From the NCBI RefSeq assembly GCF_000354175.2, contig NC_022359.1:540001-572000 (forward strand): 32,000 nucleotides of DNA. Reading direction: 5' to 3'. The translations under genes were made by a program, and so were the position numbers. This document shows positions 25,488-32,000 of this stretch, in pieces (within the stretch, counting starts at the first letter, position 1; each line of letters starts with the position of its first letter). The notes under the pieces are model-generated. The model searched no databases, was not told where the DNA came from, and saw only the letters and a program-made list of their open reading frames with translations. Source of the stretch: Vibrio alginolyticus NBRC 15630 = ATCC 17749 (GTDB taxonomy: Bacteria; Pseudomonadota; Gammaproteobacteria; Enterobacterales; Vibrionaceae).

Positions 25488-26693
25488 TCAGATAACTTGC
25501 GGTACTTCGTTTGAGTGATTGTGTGCTCGATTCACCCACATTAACCCAAGCATTGCAATTACCGACATTGCCATCATCAAAATGCCCAAAGGCATCTGGT
25601 TATGCGCTGGAAATAGTGACGCGAGCAAAGTTGCGACACCTGCCCCCAAGTTTTGCATGCCACCCAATGTCGCGCCTGCTGTTCCTGCATGGTATGGGAA
25701 TGGCGCAATCGCTCCAGTTGTTGCCGCTGGGAAGAGAATACCTGCACCCAAAAAGTACACGGTTGCGCCTCCAACCAGCGTTAATGCAGTGGTTAAACCA
25801 AACAAGCCTGGGATGAGCACAATAGCAGAGCCCACAAAAATAGAGACCAAGCCTACATTTAAAGCACGACGCTCAGAGCGACGTCTTGCGATGTAGCTAG
25901 ATAAGCCTGCACCCACCAAGTAACCTGGGATCGGCAATATAAACAGCAAACTTACCGTTGTTGCTGGTAATTCTAATACCCCACCTAACAACACCCCAGC
26001 TGCCGCTTCGAATACACCCACACCAGCGAATGTTGCAACCAGGCAAATCAAAAAGCCTTGAAAGCGACGGTCAGACAAAACGTGTTTGTAGCTTTTGGCT
26101 ACTGGTTCGAATTTGCGTTTCTCTTTTGGTAGCGTCTCCATCATGCTTGTCATCATGGTGATCACAACCGCGATAGCAAATAGCGCTAAGAACAAGTAGC
26201 TCGACCGCCATCCGAAAGCTTCTGTTAGGTAACCGCCTAATACTGGTGCCATTAATGGTGAGAAAATCACACACATGCTAATTAAGCTGTTTGCTCTGTG
26301 TAGATCAGAGCCTTCAAAGCAATCGCGAGTCAGAGTGCGTGACATCGCACCGCCGCAGCCAATACCTAAGCCTTGGATAAAGCTACCAATCAAGAACCAT
26401 TCAAATTGATGTGCAAATAATGCTACCAGTGTACCCACGATGTAGATAAGCAGCCCGACGATGATGATCGGTTTGCGTCCCAAGCGGTCCGATAGTGTGC
26501 CATACGCAAATTGCGACAAGCCATATGGGATTAGGTAACAAGCCATCACAGCTTGAAGTGATGACGCAGATACCAAAAACTCGCCCGCCATATGACCGAT
26601 TGAAGGCACGTACATTGTCTGGGTCATTTGACCCACGGCAGTCAATATAGCGATTAAAAAGGTAAGTTTCGCTAATGGAAACGAAGCAGACAT
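25488..26693 (-). CDS. MFS transporter, Bcr/CflA (DHA1) drug-resistance subfamily
   Basis: 401 aa, 12 predicted TM segments, MFS motif A GTLSDRLGRKPIII, and Bcr-type N-terminal region. Confidence 0.85.
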   Translation of the reverse strand: MSASFPLAKLTFLIAILTAVGQMTQTMYVPSIGHMAGEFLVSASSLQAVMACYLIPYGLSQFAYGTLSDRLGRKPIIIVGLLIYIVGTLVALFAHQFEWFLIGSFIQGLGIGCGGAMSRTLTRDCFEGSDLHRANSLISMCVIFSPLMAPVLGGYLTEAFGWRSSYLFLALFAIAVVITMMTSMMETLPKEKRKFEPVAKSYKHVLSDRRFQGFLICLVATFAGVGVFEAAAGVLLGGVLELPATTVSLLFILPIPGYLVGAGLSSYIARRRSERRALNVGLVSIFVGSAIVLIPGLFGLTTALTLVGGATVYFLGAGILFPAATTGAIAPFPYHAGTAGATLGGMQNLGAGVATLLASLFPAHNQMPLGILMMAMSVIAMLGLMWVNRAHNHSNEVPQVI

Positions 26694-27060
26694 TTGCGTA
26701 TCTCTCCAAAAAATTTAAGACGTAAAAACCCTTAGCGCTCTTTTATAGAGTGCCAACTGAATTCTTGTGTTGCGGGGGTATTTGCGCGAGATAATAGTGC
26801 TTGCTTGTATAATTAGCAATCGAAAAGTGTGAAGTTGAGCAAGATAAAAATCTATGATTTCAATTAGAAAAACTAATCCGATTTTGTTTTCAAAAAGAGA
26901 TGCATTTCTTTGTCTAATTAAGTTAAATCTTTTACTTTTCGTGAATAGAATGAGCCTTATAGGTAACTGGTTTTAATGGTTAAAGTGCAAAAATAAAGCG
27001 TCTGCTCGGTTGATCTGAGTTCAAGATGAAACGAGTGAATAAAAGGTAGAGGAAGGCATC

Positions 27061-27086
27061 AGAAAGAAAAGGGAGCCGAAGCTCCC
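27061..27086 (-). terminator. Rho-independent terminator of the speA-speB operon
   Basis: Minus strand reads gggagc-ttcg-gctccc followed by ttttctttct. It lies 17 nt after the speB stop. Confidence 0.75.
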
Positions 27087-27102
27087 TTAGAAATGATTAT
27101 GT

Positions 27103-28023
27103 CTATTCGCGCTCAGATGCGTATGCGTAAAGCATTTCTAGTGCGATGGTTGCTCCCGCTAGTGCGGTAACATCACTGTGGTCGTATGGAGGCGATACTT
27201 CGACAACATCCATACCCACGATATTCATGCCGGCTAAACCACGAATAATTTTCAGCGCTTTGTCTGAGTTCAAGCCACCACAAACTGGTGTACCAGTTCC
27301 CGGTGCGAAGGCCGGGTCTAAGCAGTCGATGTCAAAAGTGACATATACTGGCTTGTCTGCGACGGTGCGACGAATTTCTTCTAGGATCTCGTTCACCGAC
27401 ATGTCATTCGCTTGCATCGCATTAATCACATTGAAGCCGTGATCTTGCTGTTTGTACTCCGTACGAATGCCGATTTGTATTGAGTTCTTTGCTGAGATCA
27501 AACCTTCTTTCGGCGCATGGTAGAACATCGTACCGTGGTCGTATGAACTGCCATTTGCGTAGGTATCCGTATGAGCATCAAAGTGAATCAGAGCCATTTG
27601 ACCATGATGCTTCGCGTAGGCACGCAGGATAGGCAGTGTGATGAAGTGGTCACCGCCCAATCCCAACATGGTTTTACCGCTTTTTAGAATTTCACTGGTT
27701 GCCGCCTCTAGACGGTAAGTGAAATCTTCCGCATCACCGCAATCGAACACAAGGTCGCCCGCGTCGATCACTTTCAGTTTATCCAATACGTTGAAGCTCC
27801 ACGGGAACTTCTTACCTTCCCATGCCAAGTTGACTGAGGCACGGCGAATTGCATCTGGACCCATACGCGCACCTGGACGACCAGATGTTGCCATGTCCAG
27901 AGGGACTCCCAACACCACAACGTCTGCGTCTGCCGATACCGGGTTACGAATGTACGGCAGACGTAAAAACGACATAGAGTTGGAGTAAAGCGAATAATCA
28001 GTTTTAGTAAACAAATCATTCAT
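27103..28023 (-). CDS. speB: Agmatinase (agmatine ureohydrolase)
   Basis: 306 aa. Arginase-family Mn-binding motifs ([33 protein letters not shown]). Located 1 nt downstream of speA. Confidence 0.92.
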   Translation of the reverse strand: MNDLFTKTDYSLYSNSMSFLRLPYIRNPVSADADVVVLGVPLDMATSGRPGARMGPDAIRRASVNLAWEGKKFPWSFNVLDKLKVIDAGDLVFDCGDAEDFTYRLEAATSEILKSGKTMLGLGGDHFITLPILRAYAKHHGQMALIHFDAHTDTYANGSSYDHGTMFYHAPKEGLISAKNSIQIGIRTEYKQQDHGFNVINAMQANDMSVNEILEEIRRTVADKPVYVTFDIDCLDPAFAPGTGTPVCGGLNSDKALKIIRGLAGMNIVGMDVVEVSPPYDHSDVTALAGATIALEMLYAYASERE

Positions 28024-28024
28024 A

Positions 28025-29947
28025 TCAGAAGTCCTCTAAATAGGTGTATCCTGCTAGACCTTGTTCTAGTTCTGCTAGGATTTGTGCTTGTTCATTGGCT
28101 TCAACTCGCTGTGAAACCAATTGTTTATAATTGTCACGAATCGCATCCACGTCGATATGAACGTAGCGCATCATGTCTTCTACACTATCACCTTCGTTGA
28201 TGTAACTGATCTCAAATTGACCGTGTTCATCAACATTGACTACAGCACTGTGGGTATCACCAAATAGGTTGTGCATGTCACCAAGGATTTCTTGGTATGC
28301 GCCTACTAGAAAAAAGCCCATTAAGTACGGTTTGTCTTTGCTCCAAGCTGGTACAGGTAGCGTGCTCTCGATGCCTTGACCATCAACGTAGTGATCGATC
28401 GCGCCATCAGAGTCACATGTGATGTCCAACATCACTGCACGACGCTCTTCCGCCTCGCCAAGACCAGAAAGTGGCAGAACAGGGAACACCTGATCAATAC
28501 CCCAAGCATCTGGTAGAGATTGGAAGAGAGAGAAGTTCACGAAGAACTTATCTGCAAGACGTTCGCTCAACTCGTCCAGAATCGGACGGTGGAAGCGATT
28601 CTTAGTGCTCATCTTGCGGCTTAATTCGAAGTAAATGCGCAGTGACAATTGTTCTGCCCACGCACGTTGTTCCAAGTTAAGCACGCCTGTAGCAAATTGA
28701 GAGTGCACTTCTGCCAAATCACTTTGGGTATCATTGTAAATCTCAATTAACGCACGAGCGTCTGTACCATCTTGTAAGTTTTCCCAGTTTCGCCACATGT
28801 TTTGTAGCAAAAGCGGAGCGTCATCATCACGCTCATGTACTTCTTCCGGTAGGTACGATTCGGTACCAATTACGTTAGAAATCAATACAGCGTGGTGCGC
28901 TGTTAGCGAGCGACCCGATTCCGAAATGATCACTGGCATTGGTTGTTCGTATTGCAGACACACATCGCCCACTGTGTTGACGATATTACGTGCGTATTCT
29001 GCAAGGCCGTAGTTCATCGAATTCGATGATTGGCTGCGTGTGCCGTCATAATCCACTGCCAAGCCGCCGCCCACATCGAAGTACTCGATGTTTGCACCGA
29101 GTGCGCGTAGTTCGCAGTAGAAACGTGCAGACTCGTTCACACCATTGCGTACATCACGGATGTTTGCCATCTGTGAACCAAGGTGGAAGTGAACCAGTTG
29201 CATCGCGTCTAGGTTGCCTTCGCGTTTAAGACGTTCAATAACGCTAAGCACTTGCGATGCTGATAAACCAAACTTCGATTTTTCACCGCCACTTGCTTGC
29301 CATTTCCCTGCGCCTTGAGAGGCGAGGCGAATGCGTAAACCAAGGCGCGGTTTTACGCCCAAACTTTTCGCTTCTTCTAGTACCAGATCCAGCTCAGAAA
29401 GCTTCTCTAGTACGATGAATACTTTGTGGCCTAGCTTTTCACCGATCAGTGCAAGACGCACATACTCACGGTCTTTGTAGCCATTACACACGATCACGGA
29501 GCTACCTTGTTGAGCCAATGCAAGTACCGCCAACAATTCTGGCTTGCTACCCGCTTCAAGACCAAGCTGCTTGGTTTCTAGTTGAGCTTGGCTCGCTAGA
29601 ATTTCATCCACCACTTCACGTTGTTGGTTTACTTTAATTGGGTACACCAACAAGTATTTGTTTGGATATTGGTATTCTTCAATTGCTTGGTTGAATGCGT
29701 GGCAAATACCATGCACACGTTGGTGCACAATTTGCGGGAAGCGTACTAATACAGGCAGATTTAACTGCTTCGCTTCTAGCTCATTTACAATCGCACTGAA
29801 AGGGATTTGATGTGCACGATCACTACGTGGTGATACATATACTTCGCCTTGGTCATCAATGCCGTAGAAACCTTGGCTCCAGTAGTGAACGTTGTAGTCC
29901 GCGCGGATGCGGTCTAATTTAGTTGCTTTTTCCAACTCGATTCTCAC
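28025..29947 (-). CDS. speA: Biosynthetic arginine decarboxylase (PLP-dependent)
   Basis: 640 aa, colinear with enterobacterial SpeA ([15 protein letters not shown]-Lys region, [23 protein letters not shown]). The predicted start is GTG, with an SD 14 nt upstream (see findings). Confidence 0.92.
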   Translation of the reverse strand: MRIELEKATKLDRIRADYNVHYWSQGFYGIDDQGEVYVSPRSDRAHQIPFSAIVNELEAKQLNLPVLVRFPQIVHQRVHGICHAFNQAIEEYQYPNKYLLVYPIKVNQQREVVDEILASQAQLETKQLGLEAGSKPELLAVLALAQQGSSVIVCNGYKDREYVRLALIGEKLGHKVFIVLEKLSELDLVLEEAKSLGVKPRLGLRIRLASQGAGKWQASGGEKSKFGLSASQVLSVIERLKREGNLDAMQLVHFHLGSQMANIRDVRNGVNESARFYCELRALGANIEYFDVGGGLAVDYDGTRSQSSNSMNYGLAEYARNIVNTVGDVCLQYEQPMPVIISESGRSLTAHHAVLISNVIGTESYLPEEVHERDDDAPLLLQNMWRNWENLQDGTDARALIEIYNDTQSDLAEVHSQFATGVLNLEQRAWAEQLSLRIYFELSRKMSTKNRFHRPILDELSERLADKFFVNFSLFQSLPDAWGIDQVFPVLPLSGLGEAEERRAVMLDITCDSDGAIDHYVDGQGIESTLPVPAWSKDKPYLMGFFLVGAYQEILGDMHNLFGDTHSAVVNVDEHGQFEISYINEGDSVEDMMRYVHIDVDAIRDNYKQLVSQRVEANEQAQILAELEQGLAGYTYLEDF

Positions 29948-30222
29948 AAAAATGTACTTAACTCCTTAATTAATTAGAAGGAAAAGTACAAAAAAGCAAA
30001 TCATGAGGTATTTACCTCATACCCTGACACGAACTCCGTGTGCGCGCATTAACGGATAAAAGGGCCCTTGAGTCTAATGATTAAAATCTATCATCTCGAT
30101 TATGATTTGTTGTCGTCGCTACGTGTGAATATTTGTTTACCGAAGCGTCCATTCTGCTGTTATAGTTGGTCTGACCAGTAAGGATTCGGTCATGAAGCAT
30201 CTCACTAAAATAAGGACATATT

Positions 30223-30984
30223 TTGCAGCTGCACAGAATTCAGGGGTACATTCAGACCATGTATCTCGCCGAATATTCCGATAAATTATTGTTGCTTGAT
30301 GGTGCCAGTCGAGCAGACATCCCTCATCTTAAAGACTTTATTGAACATCAACTCCATCGTCCTTTTTCTGACCTAAAGTTGGTTGTTGTGACCCACATGC
30401 ATCCAGACCATGCTGGTGGTGCGCACAAACTACGTGATTTAACAGGATGCAAGCTATTGGCCGCAAAGCGAGAGAACCAGTGGTATAGCGGTGTAGACGG
30501 TTGGCTAATGCATTTGACCGATTTGATGTTAGCACGCTGGATGGCGAATCGGATGCGTAAACCAAAGCAAAACCTGTGGTATTCCCGCAAGCTAAAGCCA
30601 GATATTGAACTTATTGATGGACAGTTTATTCCTGGATTTGATGATTGGCAGGTGCTAGAAACGCTAGGGCATACCGACCGAGATCTGTCGGTTTATCATT
30701 CTGAACAAGATGTGTTGTATGTGGCGGATTTAATGGTGCAGGTGAAAAAGCATCTGATTGCGCCGTTTCCCATATTTCATCCGAATCAATATCGGCAATC
30801 ATTAAAGCGTGTGTTTGAGATGAATCCGCAATGTTTGCTTTTGGCACATGGGGGAGAGGTGACTTTGGATGAAAAAGCGTATCAGCACATTTTGAATACA
30901 GCGCCGACTAAGCCAATGACGCACTGGCGAGTGACAAAAGTTAAAGCGAAGGGATTGTTGTTTGCGTTATTTCGTAGGAAGTAG
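30223..30984 (+). CDS. MBL-fold metallo-hydrolase
   Basis: HxHxDH motif (VVTHMHPDHAGG), plus later His and Asp ligands (GHTDRD, LLAHGG). TTG start 7 nt after AGGA. Confidence 0.8.
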   Translation: MQLHRIQGYIQTMYLAEYSDKLLLLDGASRADIPHLKDFIEHQLHRPFSDLKLVVVTHMHPDHAGGAHKLRDLTGCKLLAAKRENQWYSGVDGWLMHLTDLMLARWMANRMRKPKQNLWYSRKLKPDIELIDGQFIPGFDDWQVLETLGHTDRDLSVYHSEQDVLYVADLMVQVKKHLIAPFPIFHPNQYRQSLKRVFEMNPQCLLLAHGGEVTLDEKAYQHILNTAPTKPMTHWRVTKVKAKGLLFALFRRK

Positions 30985-31050
30985 GCGAAGATAAAGCCAG
31001 ACGAGTGATGCTCAACAAAAACGTTCGATCACTCATCTGAAGCTACGGGG

Positions 31051-31479
31051 TTAAGATGCCAATAAGTGAGATTGGCTAGGATCAACGAGCACTTTGTCTG
31101 CCATGCCCTGACGACCTAACAACATCATGTAAGTCATTTTTTCACGGTTAGTCAACGTAATGTCGATTGGCCATTGTTGGTCGCCCATACGCAGCATCGT
31201 TGTGATCACGCAGCGGTGCTCAAAAGTACCGTTAGAAGATTTAACCTTACGGTTTGCTTTTAGTTTCGCTGTGCAGCGAACCACTTGTTCTAAATGGTAT
31301 ACATCTGGGTGCAGATCGAATGCAACATAAGACTGACCATCTTTTTCAAAGCAATCAATATTGTCTACATGTAATGAAGAGGTTTGAGCGCCTGTATCAA
31401 TACGCGCTTCAAGGTGAGTAATCCCTAACTCTGGCAAGCAAATAGCTTCGGCATTCCCAATGATCATTTTCTGATTCAT
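31051..31479 (-). CDS. Retropepsin-like 'ATP-dependent zinc protease' family protein (RimB-like) downstream of rimK
   Basis: 142 aa. N-terminal ...LEARIDTGAQTSSLH (D-T/S-G aspartic-protease-like motif) and C-terminal MLLGRQ. This family commonly pairs with rimK. Confidence 0.75.
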   Translation of the reverse strand: MNQKMIIGNAEAICLPELGITHLEARIDTGAQTSSLHVDNIDCFEKDGQSYVAFDLHPDVYHLEQVVRCTAKLKANRKVKSSNGTFEHRCVITTMLRMGDQQWPIDITLTNREKMTYMMLLGRQGMADKVLVDPSQSHLLAS

Positions 31480-31501
31480 AGTGTCATCCTAGCGACGAGT
31501 A

Positions 31502-31530
31502 ACAAGAGAGCCGGCTTTTGGCTCTCTTGT
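31502..31530 (-). other. Intercistronic stem-loop between rimK and the protease gene
   Basis: Perfect 11-bp inverted repeat acaagagagcc (31502-31512) / ggctctcttgt (31520-31530) with a 7-nt loop. There is no adjacent U-run on the coding (minus) strand. Confidence 0.6.
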
Positions 31531-31544
31531 GCGTTAAACAAAAA

Positions 31545-32000
31545 TCAACCTTTACCGCGAGTACGGTTTGAATTTGGCTTAGCGTTTTTCTCGATAAAAT
31601 CGAAGATCATACCTGCAATGTTTTTACCAGTTGCTAGTTCGATGCCTTCTAGACCAGGGGAAGAGTTCACTTCCATTACCACTGGGCCATTTTTAGATTG
31701 AAGGATATCCACACCACAAAGGTTCAAGCCCATCACTTTCGCTGCATTTACAGCGGTCGCACGCTCTTCTTTGCTCAAACGCACGAGTTGTGCAGAGCCA
31801 CCACGGTGAAGGTTAGAACGGAACTCGCCTTCCTTTGCTTGGCGCTTCATTGCGGCAATCACCTTATTTCCGACAACAAAACAGCGGATGTCCGCGCCTT
31901 TTGCTTCTTCGATAAATTCTTGCACCATGATGTTAGCTTTCAAACCCATGAAAGCTTCAATCACACTTTCTGCCGCTTTATTTGTTTCAGCAAGTACAAC
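31545..32000 (-). CDS. rimK: Ribosomal protein S6 L-glutamate ligase RimK, C-terminal part (5' end outside the window)
   Basis: The open frame runs to the window edge. [20 protein letters not shown]...[32 protein letters not shown]...[26 protein letters not shown] is colinear with E. coli RimK (ATP-grasp). Confidence 0.92.
   Translation of the reverse strand, partial: VVLAETNKAAESVIEAFMGLKANIMVQEFIEEAKGADIRCFVVGNKVIAAMKRQAKEGEFRSNLHRGGSAQLVRLSKEERATAVNAAKVMGLNLCGVDILQSKNGPVVMEVNSSPGLEGIELATGKNIAGMIFDFIEKNAKPNSNRTRGKG

Noticed and set aside
30985-31050. Inverted repeat gagtgat...atcactc at the convergent MBL/protease junction, considered as a bidirectional terminator
   Set aside because: It has only a 7-bp stem with a loop of about 17 nt and no adjacent U-run on either strand. 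This is too weak to call.

Overview
The window looks like a Vibrionaceae chromosomal segment. I infer this from the 5S rRNA sequence and from a TonB2-type cluster carrying ttpB/ttpC/ttpD-like genes.

Gene order:
- 3' end of a 5S rRNA, then tRNA-Ser(UGA) and a terminator.
- A tandem pair of alpha/beta-hydrolase-like paralogues. The first copy is frameshifted and shorter.
- yibL, ldhA, a small L,D-transpeptidase and a glycerophosphodiesterase.
- A CpxRA-like two-component system directly upstream of a TonB-dependent receptor with candidate CRP and Fur sites.
- A six-gene TonB2-type energy-transduction cluster (ttpB-ttpC-exbB-exbD-tonB-ttpD) with chained start/stop overlaps.
- A second Fur-box-fronted nine-gene locus: PepSY-TM/VciB-like, DUF2271, DUF4198, two orphan exported/membrane proteins, a ZnuABC/TroA-type metal ABC importer and an extra SBP-like gene that seems to lack metal ligands.
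- A porin, lipoprotein-type oligopeptidase B, a Bcr/CflA MFS exporter, speB-speA, an MBL-fold hydrolase, a retropepsin-like 'ATP-dependent zinc protease' gene and the 3' part of rimK.

I saw no CRISPR array, transposase, integrase or phage genes. The best candidate for an under-described system is the Fur-fronted nine-gene metal locus at 15.06-21.53 kb. I propose a reductive, chaperoned metal hand-off for it, but that is inference from domain families and gene context. All homology calls are by-eye recognition of motifs and families; no searches were run.
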